The position numbers and the translations under genes are program-made. Shown piece after piece: positions 40,501 through 54,950 of a stretch of 64,000 bases of DNA. Every line of letters begins with the position of its first letter. Positions within the stretch are counted from its first letter, which is position 1. Origin of the DNA: the human T2T-CHM13v2.0 reference genome, Homo sapiens; NCBI RefSeq assembly GCF_009914755.1, contig NC_060933.1; one strand, 5' to 3'. The notes under the pieces are model-generated. The model saw only the letters and a program-made list of their open reading frames with translations, was not told where the DNA came from and did not search any database.

Positions 40501-40959
40501 GAGAGCATGTCGTGGAGGAAGACATTGACAAGGTCTCCTCCTCGTCCTCTTTCCTCCTTCCATCTCTCCCAGTCAACCCCCAAGCCTTGGTTGATGCCCA
40601 GTTCCCTAAGGTCACTCATGAACTTCTCATGTGTTTGTTGTCATTCCTCTTTCCTTTAATTCTCTCTGCTTCAAACTTGGGAGAAAGATTTTCTCTGATG
40701 AATTTTTCAAGAAACTCCCTTCAGGCTCCCTGCTGCCCTTTCCAGCCATTCTCTGCTTTTGGATCCCTGAGGACCATCCAGAGAGCCCGTGTGTCATTTT
40801 TAAGAAACTCTGTTACAAGGCAAGAAATAAAGGACATCCTCAAATGGTAGTGCACCCAGGGGAGGTGTGGAGAGGGTGGAATGACGAAGCGCCCGAGACA
40901 TATGCTGTACGGCAAGGTCCACAGAGCTGGGATGCCCATGGGGTGGGGTGGGGTGGTTA

Positions 40960-41310
<351 letters not shown>

Positions 41311-41449
41311 CCCCTGAACCCCCAAAATGGAAGGAAAAATGAATATCTATTGACTCCATCGCTGACATTGCACCTGTGGGTTCTAGGGCTTTACCAGCAC
41401 CATCAGGACACCCCAGTCTCTTGAGAGACAATATTTTCTAGTAGTCATC

Positions 41450-41665
41450 ACTGCCTGGACTTGGAGCCTGGCCCCACCTCTTATGAACTCTGTGACCTTG
41501 GGCAAGTGACTTCACATCTTTGTGCCTCAGTTTCCTCACTTAGAAAACGAGGATAAAAGTAGCACTACCTTCTAGGGCTACTGTGACTATTAGGTGAGTG
41601 ACTATTTGTAACGTTCTTAGATCAGTGTGATGCACACAGTAGGTACAAAGTGAGTGTAAGCAACT
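41450..41665 (+). mobile_element. MIR
   Basis: tgtgaccttgggcaagtgacttcac...tgtgcctcagtttcctca. Confidence 0.8.
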
Positions 41666-41669
41666 GGAT

Positions 41670-42075
41670 GTGTTTCCTAGGCCTCCATAACAAAGTGCCA
41701 TGAACTAGGGGCTTAGAACAACAGAATGTATTGTCTCATACAGTTCTGGAGCTGGAAGTCTGAAATCAAGGTGCTGGCAGGGCCACGCTCCCTCTGGAAT
41801 CTGTAGAGATCCATGCTTGCCTCCTCCTGGCTTCTGGTGGTTTGCCGGAATTCTTTGGCATGCTTGACGTACAGGTGCAGCATGCAATCCTCTGTCTTTA
41901 CATGGTATTTTCCTTGTGTCTCCACCCAATCTTCCTGTGTCTGTCTCTGTGTCCAAGTTTCTCTGTTTTATAAGGAAGGCAGTCATATTGGATTAGGGAT
42001 TATTCTAATGACCTCATTTTAACTTGATTATGTCTATAAAGACCCAATTTCCAGGTACTGAGGATTGGGACCTCA
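41670..42075 (-). mobile_element. MLT1C-like LTR
   Basis: ataacaaagtgcca...cagttctggag...gaaatcaaggtg...gtcatattggattaggg...atgacctcattttaacttgatta. Confidence 0.85.
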
Positions 42076-42599
42076 GCATCTCTTCCTCTCTTTCTCTTTT
42101 TCTTTGTCCTCTTTCTTTACTTTTCTCTTCATTGGCTTCATTTAATAGCAGATTTGCCCTAGGCTTTGGTAAAGACGTTCATTGCAGTTCTGGGCTTATT
42201 ATAGTCTACCATCTTAGCAGCCTACCGTTTTTTCTAATAGTTTCAGTGAAAGCCCCCGACTGTCTTTTGTTGGCTCAGCTTGGATCATGTGTCCACTCTG
42301 GAGCCTGTCCCTGTGTCCATGGTGCTCCCATTGGCCAACCCTGGAGCAGGTACTGGGGTCAGTCCCACTCAAGTCATGTTGATTGTGAATGGAGTTGAGG
42401 AGGTTGCCTGGAATGAAAACTCAGGTCTTGCTTCCTGGAGAAAGGATTGCTGGCAGGCAATAGAAATAGATGAGCCCCGAAGCCTTGAAAACACGGTCAC
42501 GAGTCCTGCAGGGTTGTCTTCAATTCTGTTAATGCAGTCATCTGAAATGGGATTGAATTTATTGGGGGAGATATTCAGAGAGCTAGAGAAGACCAAGGG

Positions 42600-42850
42600 G
42601 AAGAAGGACAACAGGCAGATTTGAGCTCAGTGTGAGGAGATACTTCTTAGGCACAGAGCAGCCAACAAAGAGAGGGCTTGTGCCTTGGGAGGTGGTCCAC
42701 ATCCTCTTCCTGGAGGCAGGCAAGAGTGGCCATGTAGTTTACTGAGAATGTTGTAAAGGCAATTCACACAGTGGAAAAGGAGTGGACTAAATCAATGGCT
42801 TTCAAATATTTATTACCGTGACCCACAGACATGGATTTATATTGTAAACC

Positions 42851-42883
<33 letters not shown>

Positions 42884-43055
42884 CTGAAACAAAAGTTTCG
42901 CAAAGCAATTTTACCTTTACTATAAGTGATGTACTCTGACATAGTCCTTTCTCTTCTATTTCATTTTAAAAACACTCACAGCTCAGTAAATTGATTTCCC
43001 AGCCTGGTGTTCAGAAACCTGGACTAGATGACCTCTGAGGTCCCTGCAGCTCAGT
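42600..43055 (+). mobile_element. L3/CR1 3' end split by a hAT element
   Basis: gatttgagctcagtgtgagga...tcctggagg...ggactagatgacctctgaggtccct. Confidence 0.55.
42793..43021. mobile_element. hAT-Charlie family MITE with internal (CA)n
   Basis: caatggctttcaaa...cagaaacctg; 8-bp TSD gacta(a/g)at. Confidence 0.7.
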
Positions 43056-43633
43056 GACTCTGGGGGTCTATGACAGGTACCAGTGGGCCAAAAAGGAGGA
43101 AATGTGGTTTGGTATCACCAAATATCACCTGCACAGTTGGTGATGACACTGGACTGGAGCCAGCTCTCTGGACCCTGCAGCCCAACTTCTGATGTTCCTT
43201 CTCTGCCATCTTCGATGACTGCCCTGTCTGCCTGTAAACTAGAGTATTTGTAACCATATCAGTCCTTTGCATGGATACGTTTATGGGTTCCCCATTTGTC
43301 TGATAAAGATAAAAGGTTTGATGTCTTCATCTGCTGTCCTCACTAACCATCCCAGGAGTCCCTCCCAGTGTTTTCCAAAGCTCTGTGCCCTTTGAGCTGT
43401 CCTCCCGCAACACACTTAAATCCACACCTTTGATCCTATCCTTCCCTTGGCTTGAGTGTCCTCCCTCCATGTCCCCCTCTCTAAATTCTCCCTGTCCTCC
43501 CATGTTCTCTTTTAGGAAGGCTCCCATGGTTCATTTCCCAGGTGGCAGGATCTTCTTCTCCTCTGAGTCCTTTCAGCCTCGTACTGTTCCTGTTCTTCCT
43601 GGACCATGAAACCATTAACAGAGAGACTTGGGG

Positions 43634-43636
<3 letters not shown>

Positions 43637-43676
<40 letters not shown>
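43637..43676. repeat. (TG)n microsatellite
   Basis: About 19-20 units. Confidence 0.96.
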
Positions 43677-43678
<2 letters not shown>

Positions 43679-43794
43679 TTTCCCGCAATACCTGCCTGGT
43701 ATGTCCACAGAGGATGCTCAGTACCTGCTTGAAGAATGGAGAGATGGATCGATGGGTGGGTGGATAACTGAAAGGATGGATTTCACAACATTGA

Positions 43795-45180
43795 ATCTAA
43801 TTCATTTATTCGACATATATCTAATGAGCACCTATTATGTGTCACACACTATTCTAGTTATTGGGGACACCACATTGAACAAAAGACAAAGATTCCTGCC
43901 CTCATGGAGCTTACACTCTACTAGGGGAGACAATGAACAAAGCACAGTATATGCATCTGATGGTGATGGCTAAGAAGAAAACTAAATAGGGAAGGGGATA
44001 GAAGTGTTAGGGCTATTGCAGTTGTAGATGGGATGGCCAAGGAAGGCCTCCCTGAGAAGTTGATACCTGAGTAAAGACATGAAAGAGATGAGGAGTGAGC
44101 CATGTGAAGACATGTGGGGAGAGCTCCCAGGGAGAGGGGGAACACAGGCAAAGGCCCTGAGGCGCAGCATGCCTGTCACGCTAAGGAACAGCAAGGAGGC
44201 CAGTGTGGCTGGAGCAGGAAGTAGACTCTGAGATGAAGATTAGTGGGCAGAAGGTTTATTAGGGAGTTCTTTTGGGATCAACACCTAAGGAAGGGAAAGG
44301 AAGGAAAGGGAAGGGGCAAAGGAAAGAAAAAGGAAAGGAGAAGGAAGGAAAACAGACAAGGCAGAGGAGGAAGCTGAGCTGTGATGCAGTCTCAAGGGAG
44401 GCCTCAGCCAACCCTGCATGGAGGTCTGAAGACAGGCTCACTTTCTACAGGCATCCTAAGTTGGGGTGAGATGGCCAGGTCTTATACTCCTGTGTTAATC
44501 AGGCACTGGGTGCAGGCTGCCTGGAAGAGGGGGCGTGACTTTTAGTTGAGGCAGTGCCTGAGGAGATGATGGCTGTGGGCTGGTGGTTGGTGCCACTCCC
44601 AACATCTGGGGGGATAAATTCTATATCCATGAAGAGGAGTCTAAGGGGTATGTCATGGCATCCAGCATAGCCTTGTAGACCAATATGAGGGCCCTGTTGC
44701 TACACTGAGTGACATGGGAAGACACTGGGGGTCTTGAGAAGAGTGGCATAACTGGACTGATACTTTCACAGGCTCACCCAGGCTGCTGTGAGCCAGTGGC
44801 ACACGATGCAGATGAGAGAGGGTGGGGGCTGGACCAGGGTGGAGGCAGGGGAGGTGTGAGAAGAGGTCAGACTTTGGACTTACCTTGAAAAACGCAGAGC
44901 TGATAGGACTTGCTGACAGATCTGATGTGGGGTTTGGTTGAAATAAAGGAAGTAAGAATGATTCTGAGGATTTTAGTGGGAGCAACTCAAAGGACAGAAT
45001 TGTGGTTAGCTGGGATGAGGAAGCCTAGGTGTAGAGGAGGTTGGGGAGAAGATCAGGTGCTAAGTTTGGGATGCCCATTAGCCATTCAAGGAGGCATGGC
45101 CCATTGACTTGGACACTTGGAGTGCAGGGCAGAAGTACGAGCTGGATGCACTGGTTTAGGAGTAGTTAGCATCTAGATTC
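43795..45180 (-). mobile_element. L2 split by an LTR16
   Basis: cctgccctcatggagcttacactcta...gaacagcaaggaggccagtgtggctggagc; resumes at ~44670. Confidence 0.75.
44215..44670 (-). mobile_element. LTR16-family (ERVL) solo LTR
   Basis: agactctgagat...ggtttattagggag...gggatcaacacct...gcctcagcca. Confidence 0.75.
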
Positions 45181-46731
45181 TCCATTGGTGGAGGGTGTGT
45201 GTGTGTGTGTGCACTTGCGCTCACATGTGGGAAGGATATGGGGCAATGGTTGGGATAACCTGTGTGTGGCTGACTCATACATGGGGCTGCCCTTTCCTGG
45301 GCTGTTCTAGGCCTGGATCTATGGTCTCTCTAGGGAGTCTTAGGCCAGACTCTGAAGGAACATTGTAGGGGCTGCCCACACCCCCCGAGAGCTGAAGTGG
45401 TCTGAACTCTGATGGGCCCCTGTCCTTGAATTGTGGGACTGAGTGTGGGGTTTGACATCAGGGCAGGGGTTGAGCAGATGCCTCTAAGGTCCTTCCCCAC
45501 TGTGACTCAGGGACTTTCTGTGGCTCTTCTCCCTGAGGGCTTTTCTCTCATCGCTGCTCTCCCTTCACACTGCCTTTGTCCCCTCTTGTGCCACTCTGGA
45601 GTTTGTTCCACTTGGGAGCCACTTCCCCCTGGAGAGGTTGCTGGCATTTCCCTCACTTTATTCTCAGTCTCCTCAAACTTCCCAAAGATATTAGTAGTGT
45701 GCAACCTGAAAAGGAGAGGGGCATTGACAAAATGAATTCTGACAGAGATAATTGCATGAATCCTTTGTAGCTCAGCCCTGAACATGGCTCCACACTGTCA
45801 GTTTTTATTTTATTCAAATGCTGGAGTCAAACGTCCCCCTGCAGGTGAGGGAGTGGTGGGAGATGAGGAGAAGGGGAATGAACGGGGCTACAGGCCAAAG
45901 GCAAGATCTAAGCCCTGTTGTGCAAGCCTCCTGGGGTCTGGGCTGCAGTGCCATGTCTCTGGGCTTTCTCTGGTCTGGGGATCTAGACAGTCTCTAGGAT
46001 GGATAGACAGATGTGTGAAGGGCTTAAGAGAATACCACTTTGGCACTGCCTGCAAGGCTGGGAATCACAGCCTTAATGAACATTGAGTTTCTTGATGAAG
46101 CAGGCACAGTCTTGTCCCTCCTGGGTGAGAAGAGGGAGCCCCTGGCAGGAGGGGGTCACAGTGACCTTGCAGAATTGCATTGCAGCTGACTCTCCTCAGG
46201 GTTCCCTGCCATCATAGCTGACAGGGAACTACAGTGGGCCACCACTGCCCTCCAGGCGTGCTCTCACTCAAATTTCCCAGCGGCTGTTCGTGGGACTGCA
46301 CCCCAACCCTCAGGCTTGTCGTCTTTTTTTGGGTCAGGAACCAAGTGCTCCCAGGGTGCTTGGTGGGGATGTCTCCATGGATGGGCCATGTGGCTGAGCG
46401 TTTGCCCAGCCCCTTTGCTAAAATGACCTTTCTCAATGTCCCAATTTCTACTCTGTGAAATCCAAGTCATCCATCAGCACCTTACTCTGGACCTCCCTCA
46501 GGATCCTTCTTAACACAGGCTGTAAGTAACTGCCACCAAACAATGACCACTGGCAATTGAGAGGAAACCTATTTATCATCCCTGATCCAGAAGACAGAAC
46601 CAAAATTTAATCAATATTTAGTGTTTTTGTGCTGTTGGTTTAGTTTACATGTAAGCTATGCCATAGGTATCAGAAGTTAATCTGGTCCTTATTATGATGG
46701 TTTTTCATATTTGGTGATGAATATTTGATAA

Positions 46732-47032
<301 letters not shown>

Positions 47033-48041
47033 ATGTGTAATGTTCTTAATTAGAAAAGCATGAGCTTAAGGAGCTGGCCAAGAACCCATCCTTTTGGAGG
47101 TCATGTTGAACTGCCCCTTAGCTGTTTAATGACATGAGAAAGTGCATAGGGACAAATGCTTGCATTCCCTACATTAAAGGTCCAAAAAGCCACAAACAGT
47201 GCTTATGTCCCATCAATCATTTCAGTGAGCAGATCTGTCAAACTAGGGGAACCCACCAGTTTCACTAGTGAAGAACTGGGGCTTCTTCTTAATTCTTTAT
47301 CTGGAATGCCTCCCTTGGCCATCATTACATGGAATAACATCTCACAGAGCTAGGCTGGGAGGTGGGAGATGTTTATGTCAACGGAGAGCGTCTGAGATGA
47401 CTTCTCAGAGAAGTGAGATTAGCTGTATCAGGAATGCAGAAAGTCAAGGTGCATCTCTCAGTGACTTCCCTCAGCCTCAGTGTCCTCCTTTACAAAAACA
47501 GGAAGTTGTGCCCAGTCATACTCCAGAGCATTCTGGAGACTTGGTTTTGATGCCATGGCTTTGTGTGAACACCTATGAGGCTATATTCGTCAAAACCATA
47601 TGGTCTAAACATCAGGCAATCCAGCCAAACTGGTTAGGTGAGCAGAAGCCAGCTTCTGTCCCCAAGGACCTCACATGCTAGTAAGGGACAGGACCAGATG
47701 CACAGAACTGTCACACAAGGCAGAAAGTAGGAATGGCCAAATGGAGGTGCCGAGACTATCCCCTGGGAGTTGGGAGACAGCAAGCCTTGCTCTGGCTGGG
47801 GTGTGTGTGCATGTGTGTGTAGATCTGGGAAGGTCTTAAGGAAGCAGCGGTGCTGAGCAGAGCCCTGGAGCCAGGCTAAGATTTGGAAATGGAAGGGGAA
47901 GGGTACCCCTCTGTCCTTTACTTAGGCCTGGCACACGAGAGGTACCCTAAAATGCTAACCCACCCTTGAGTCTTTCTCTACACATCTAGTTTCCTCCTTT
48001 GGGGACCTCAGGCCATGATCAAACAGAGTTTAAAAAAACCT

Positions 48042-48352
48042 GGCCGGTCGTGGTGCCTCATGCCTGTAATCCCAGCACTTTGGAAGGTCGAGGCAGGTAG
48101 ATCTCTTGAGGTCAGTAGTTCAAGTCCAGCCTGGCCAACATGGCAAAACCTTGTCTCTACTAAAAATACAAAAATTAGCCAGGCATGGTGGCAGGTGCCT
48201 GTGATCCTAGCTATTCAGGAGGCTGAGCCAAGAGAATTGTTTGAACCTGGGAGGTGGAGGTTGCAGTGAGCCCAGATCCCGCCACTGCACTCCAGTCTGG
48301 GCAACAGAGTTAGACTCCATCTCAAAACAAAAAATAACAACAAAAACAAAAA
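48042..48352 (+). mobile_element. AluS (Sz/Sx-like)
   Basis: Full Alu with A-rich tail. Confidence 0.9.
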
Positions 48353-49743
48353 TTAACCCTGGAAGCAGAAAGGCAAAGACAAGCAAAATCCATTCATTTT
48401 ATCATAGCTCTGTTTTGAGACTCTGAGAGCCTGGGCGGGAATCATTTCAAGGCAAGAAGCCCACTGGGAGCTCAGGTTTAAAAAAAGGGGGAGGAGCTAT
48501 GAAGGCACTGGGGGCTCCTGTGGCACCCAGTCACCAAAGGTACAGATGGGCCTCTCAGGAACTGGACCTTGGCCATCTCCCCTTTCCACATTGCCACTAT
48601 CCATTACTGGATGCCTGGTTTCTCATTTTGCTTCTGTCTGAGCTCCCATTTCATTCTACTGCTCTCAGATCTGGCTTTGCTGCTTATCATCTGCTTGCAC
48701 AAGGCCTATCAAGGCCTCCACAAAATGGTAGCTTCAGCCCTCAAACTTCCAAGGCCTTCCTATGCCATTCCCTGTGGCTCATTGGCCAGTGTCGGAGTGC
48801 CCTGATTCCAGATTTTCAGAGGAGACAGTCTGATGGGGTCAGCTTAGGCAGATTCTGCCTCTGACCCAATCAGCTGGGAGCAGGGGTGTGTCAGGCCCCC
48901 ACACACTGTAAAGCGATCCCCTTCCAAGCTGTTTTTCCAAGAAAGGGCGGAGCGAAAATGATCTGCTTCTCCAGGAGGAAGGGCGTCTGACTCCTGGGCT
49001 GTCACATATAGTGTGGACACCCACGCTATCTGCCTTGAAGTACTTGATTACACAGAGGAAGGGCACAGCAGCCTAGGCCTATTCCTGCCGTTGTCAATGG
49101 GATTAACATTAACACACCATGAACAGCTGAATAAATGCAGGAACACTTGTCTTTGTCTAACAAAGTCTACCTGGCACCTTTTCTCTCTAGTGCTAATCAG
49201 GCAATCTTAAAAGCATATTTTGTGTCTGTATTGGAAGAAGGAATGACAGTAGGCATTGCTCACTGCCCCCTCCCTGGCCTCCAGGCCAAGCCTTTAGTCA
49301 TCATCATCAGCTGCCACAGGTTCCTGGGCTTAGAGCACTGAGCTCTAGGTGCTGACTGCCCCAACGGAGACATGGCCAGTGTTTGGACCTCAGAGTGCGT
49401 GTTCCTATAGAAATAGATGTGAAATGGTCAGTTGGTTCCCACACCAGCCCACAAAGGCTATGTAACCAATACTTTGTGGACCCTAATGGCCATGTAATAC
49501 AAGCTTCTTTACATTCATGAGATGAAAAACAACTCTAGAAGCAAAACTTTTCTTAAAGCTAAAAGGGGACTCAGTAATCCCCTGCAATCATCCCTTTGAT
49601 GGCAGTTCCAGGAGAGTAAGGAATGTATACAAAATCACACAGCTATTCAGTGGCTGGATTACAACTGAACTAACATAGTAGCTACATTACCAGTGAGGAA
49701 ACAAAATTCTAAGTCTACAAAGCTGTATAAGAAATAGGCTGTT

Positions 49744-50155
<412 letters not shown>

Positions 50156-50265
50156 CTAGAAAAAGCAGGTTGAATTAGATGAGAGGTGATAGTCAGACAC
50201 CTTTATGAAGTTCCAAGGGCTTCCAAATACTTTCAAAAGGGGTTAGCGGTTATAATGCATGAAAA

Positions 50266-50283
50266 CTCTCTCTCTCTCTCTCT

Positions 50284-50327
<44 letters not shown>

Positions 50328-50346
50328 ACACACACACACACACACA
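50266..50346. repeat. (CT)n(CA)n compound microsatellite
   Basis: Read directly. Confidence 0.96.
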
Positions 50347-50467
50347 GGCATGTATGTATCTGTATTGAACATATATATAGAGATAAGGAAATAACTGGTT
50401 CTTTATTATGTGTTTTCCTTTTAGAAGCTGAAAATTGCATTTCTCTCTTATTTAGAGGAATGTAGAG

Positions 50468-50683
50468 CAGTGTTGTCCAATAGAACTCCCTGAAATGATA
50501 ACACTGTTTTATATCTGCACTGTGTCACCACTAACTACATGTGGCTATTCAGCATTTGAAATACGGGTAATACAACAGAGGAACTGAATTTTTAATTTTA
50601 TTTAATTTTAGTGAATTTATCTAAATGTTAGGGAATTGAAATTTAAATGTAAATAGCCACTTGTGGACTTGTGAACAGTGCAG
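50468..50683. mobile_element. MER3 (hAT-Charlie)
   Basis: cagtgttgtccaatagaact...catgtggctatt...gaactgaatttttaattttatttaatttta...aaatagccac. Confidence 0.85.
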
Positions 50684-51119
50684 CATAGCGTTACTAGTAC
50701 GCTTATCAGCCCAAACAGACTTCAGCCTCTCAGGTGTAACAAAATGGGGTAGGGTGGGAGGAGGAAAAATAACAGAGAAAAAGGAGGAAGTTTATTGGAA
50801 GGTAGCTGGACACAAGCTAGAGAGGTTGTGTGTCTATGAATGAAGTGCCACTTGGGGAGCATACACTGAGTTGTGAACAGTAAGAGGCAAGGAGAAGGGG
50901 TACTTGGTATATTCAGTATTCTTCTATGGGATTAAATAAGGACAGAGGTGGTGAAGAAACAATGGTAGGACAGTTCTACAACTTGGCCACCAGGGGCCCC
51001 CATTGACCCAGAGCAGCTTGGTTTCCGAGGGGAGAGAGGCCAGGTGTCTGTGGCAGGGATGGGGAGGATGAGACACAGAAAAGCAGCAGACTTTGAGTGG
51101 GTCCAAGAGGAGGGGGATA

Positions 51120-51340
51120 TTGACTCATTATGTTGTGCTAAGCACCGCTTTAAGCACTTTACAAATAACACCCTAAGAGGTAACTATTTTATCATCCTTA
51201 TTTTACAGATGGGGCAACTAAGGGTATATTTGGACAGATGACTTGGCTAAAGCCACAGAACTGTTAAGTTCCGAGTTGGGAAATAATCTAAACAGCCAGG
51301 CTGCAGAGTCTGGGTTAACTGTTGTGCTCTGCTGCTCCCA
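51120..51340 (-). mobile_element. MIR
   Basis: ttattttacagatggggcaactaagg...gacttggctaaagccacag. Confidence 0.65.
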
Positions 51341-53299
51341 GGAAGAGCCTGCCCCTACATGGTTCTGGAGCCCTGTCTAGAATGTGGACATGTACCGCCA
51401 CTCAGCTGGGGTATCTCCACTTGCCTCCCAGTATGAGGCTGTTGGGAAGATTTGTGTGAAATATTGTATCCTTTTGACTTTTTTTTTTCCTACAGCCACT
51501 TTTCATTCATTTATCCATTCAGGTGTTCAGCAAGTAAACATGGAGCCTGCTGAAGCTGGGAATGCAAAGTGTGCAAGAAGCCTGCCTATGGGAACCTACG
51601 GCTCAGCAGGGAGACATGAAATAGCTGGGAACGCCCCCTGCACAGTGTAAAGGGCGTGCTACCTTGGGAAGGGGACAGAAACAGAGGAGAGGGGGGATCC
51701 TGGCCAGCAGGGGTGTCACAGAAGGCTTTTTAAAGGAGGGGGCCTTGGAGCTGAACTTTGAGGCCAGTGGCATTCGAACACATCCACGGGTCTCCCTTTC
51801 GGATTTCAGTGCCCTCTTGGCCTTGGGCTGATGAGCTAAGTTGCTACTGGAGAATGACCTTTCACAGGAAATTCAGAACCCCAGTCATCAATGTTTGACT
51901 ACCCTGTCACCAAGTCCCTCCATTGCCCTGGCTTGATGTGGCTGTGAGAAGTCACCTGTTCAGGCCCCTCCTGCCTCCTCCACACACTGACCTCCCTCAG
52001 ACTCAGAACAGCCGATGCTGCCCTCTGAGGCCTGCCCCTTTGCACAGGCTTTGCCCACATCCGGGCTCCTGGATTCCTCAGAAGCCGGCTCCTGGGGCCT
52101 GTCCAGCAAGGCTTGGAAGCCCGGGTCCCCAAAGACCTGCTAGTTAATGAGTTCTGCAAAAACTAGGTCTGTCTGTAATCGAAATGGGAGTACAAGGCTC
52201 ACACGGTCCCTGAATTAATTCAGTCCTGTTAGAAAGGGAGCAAGGCAGAGTTTCTGCTGCTGTCTGCAGGACCCATGGAGGGGTTCTATGCACCATTACT
52301 TCCATTTGGGGACCCATTGTTTTCCATCACTTCAGCACAATCTGGAAAACATTCTCCAAGTCTATTATTCCTGTCTCCTGCTGCCACACTGAGGCAGTTG
52401 TTAACAATGCCCTCTGCCCACCCCGGACCCCTCCTCCATTTAAATACCAGTCTGATGGGCAAAGAGAGCATTTAATGACTGCTCCAGACTAAAAAGTTCC
52501 TATTATTTTATTCCCTTCTTACTCCTGCCCAATTTCCTTCCAGATGGGGCAGGTGGGTATAAAATATATGGAGCTGGAATTACAATAGCAAGAAGACAGG
52601 TGGGGAAATTGAATGTGGTTGGAAAATTTGTCCGTATGCCTACAGGTGTGTCTTATGAGATCTTGCAGGCTACCACCACCCCCGCTACCCCAGCCTGGCC
52701 ATTCTCCAAATGGTCTGGGAATGGGGAATATGAGTGGCCAAGACTTCCCCTCCTGTTGGAGTGGTCTGAGTATCCAGGCAGAAGGAAAGGAGATATTTAG
52801 CAAGGGGGCGCTTAGAATGGCAGCCTTGAAGAGGTGCAGGCAGTGCTGACTTGACACTACCTTCACCATCAGGTGTTGGGCCCCCAGTACGATACCACAG
52901 AGTCTTTATGCCTTCCTTCTGGATTCTCTTCTTTCCTCTCCTTACTCAGATGCCACCTCCATTGGGAAGTCTTCCTTGATTACCCCAGAGTTAGTTTCTC
53001 CGTCCTTTCTGCTCCTCTCTCTGCATCCCTATTAAATGTGTTATTGGTCTATGATGTTCTGCATTACAACCTGTGTTTGATGGCTGGTGACTTCCTGTAC
53101 AGAGGAGATTTAGGGACATGCATGCTTGAGAAAGACTCCTGTTCTCCACTTGCTTGCTGTGTGACTGTACAAATTTCTATTATCTCTGTAACTCCATCTG
53201 CAACATGAGGACAAAAAAATCTACGTCACAAGGCTGCTGTAAGGAGTAAGATCCAGCTTCCTTCTCTCCACCTCAGCCATTTACAGTCACTACTATTGG

Positions 53300-53530
53300 G
53301 AAACTAGGGCTCTGGAGTCAGATCAGCCTGGGTTTGAATCCTGGCTCCACCACTTTCCAGCTGTCTTTGGCCCTGTTACAATCCTTCTGTGCCTCAGTTT
53401 TTCATCTGTAAAATGGTGGTAACTCCTATCCCATATCTCATACACTTCTTGGGAGAATAAACTAGGGTAATGCACGTAGATTGCTCAGCATAGGCCTGGC
53501 AACATTCTGAAAGTTAGCTATCATTATTGG
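53300..53530 (+). mobile_element. MIR
   Basis: ctctggagtcagatcagcctgggtttgaatcctggctcc...cctcagtttttcatctgtaaaatgg. Confidence 0.8.
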
Positions 53531-53810
53531 TAGTGTTGTCACTAAAACTGTGAGTTGGTGGAGTCCGAAATCTCAGCCTAGTATAGTGCCCAGAGCCCAG
53601 TGAGTACTGAGTATATAAAAAGGAAAATGTTTCATTGTAAACTGGGAACCATGATCCAAATGTAATGCTCAGAAATGTCACCCCTTGTCAATTATGAATG
53701 ATTAGGACATGATGCAGGTGACTTGAGCCTGCATCAGAGACCATGGGCTTGGGAGATGCCCAGGGGTGCCTGCCCCTTTGGCTGTCACAGTCTCCAGTTC
53801 TTCCAGACTA

Positions 53811-54787
53811 TGCCAGGTGCAGGTGAGCTGGAGGTAACAGACACTCACCCACTGATAGCCAGAAGTCTAACCCAGGAGGAAAGAAAACCCAGGGCTGCCA
53901 GTTCACACACAGTTGGGAGCACTTGCTAGTGAGTCATGGTCAATGGCCAAACAGATGAGAAGAACCAAGGAAAGGGTTGGCATTTGCTGGGGTCTGCTGA
54001 TTCCCAAGCTCTGGCCTGTGGTGAAGCAGCAGAAATGTGCCAAGCTGAATCACAAAGAGCTTGAGGAGACCTTGGCCTTCCTTCCAGGCTGTGAGGGCCT
54101 GGGCTGCCCTAAGCCATCCTCTGGAAAGGTGGAAAGGTCTTCAGGCCCAGAGTCATGTCCATGTTTACATCTATGCCTATGTCTGTAGCGATCTGGGGTA
54201 TAGATATTTACATAGCTAACATTTATTAAGGGCTAATTATGTTCCAGCTTACATGGACCAACACTGTGGTAACATCAATCATATCCATGATATAGATACT
54301 ACACTTTCCTCACCATGAAACAGGGATAATAAATTTGAGGCCCCATTGGTCTCAGTCAGAATGAGCCATGTTGTGCTGTGGTAATGAGCACCTCCTAGAT
54401 GTCAGTGGCCTGAAGTTGTCTCAGTCACATTGTTTGTCCTTCTTGTATCAGCCAAGGACATTGGCCTGTGCTATTGTCATTGTCAGCCTGGGGCCCAGAC
54501 TGACAGAACAACCATTATGTGGAACACTGCCAGTCACTGTGACAGAGGGAGAGAGAGGCAAGCCATGCCCTGACTCCTAAGGTGCCAGGTGCAAGTGAGC
54601 TGGAGGTAACAGACACTCACCCACTGATAGCCAGAAGTTTAACCCAGGAGGAAAGAAAACCCAGGGCTGCCAGTTCACACGCAGCTGGGAGCACTTGCTA
54701 GTGAGTCATGGTCAATGGCCAGACAGACGAGAAGAGCCAAGGGAAGGATTGGCATTTGCTGGGGTCTGCTGATTCCCAAAGCTCTGG
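53811..54787 (+). repeat. Dispersed direct duplication: 53811-54014 and 54583-54787
   Basis: 204/205 bp; 9 substitutions and 1 indel by manual alignment. Confidence 0.95.
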
Positions 54788-54950
54788 AGGAAGCTCCACC
54801 AGGAAGTGACAGATGACGCTGCTGCTCACATTTTATTGGCTAAGGCAAGTCACACGACCGCATCAAACTTGAAGGTAGTGGGGAAATGCAACCCTACTAG
54901 GTGCCTGAAAGACAACTGGAAATGTTTGGTGAACAGGAAAAAGCCACCAT
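54348..54950 (-). mobile_element. MLT1L-like LTR interrupted by the duplicated segment
   Basis: agtcagaatg...gtcagtggc...[insert]...ggaagtgac...gctcacattttattggctaaggcaagtcac...tttggtgaacag. Confidence 0.75.
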
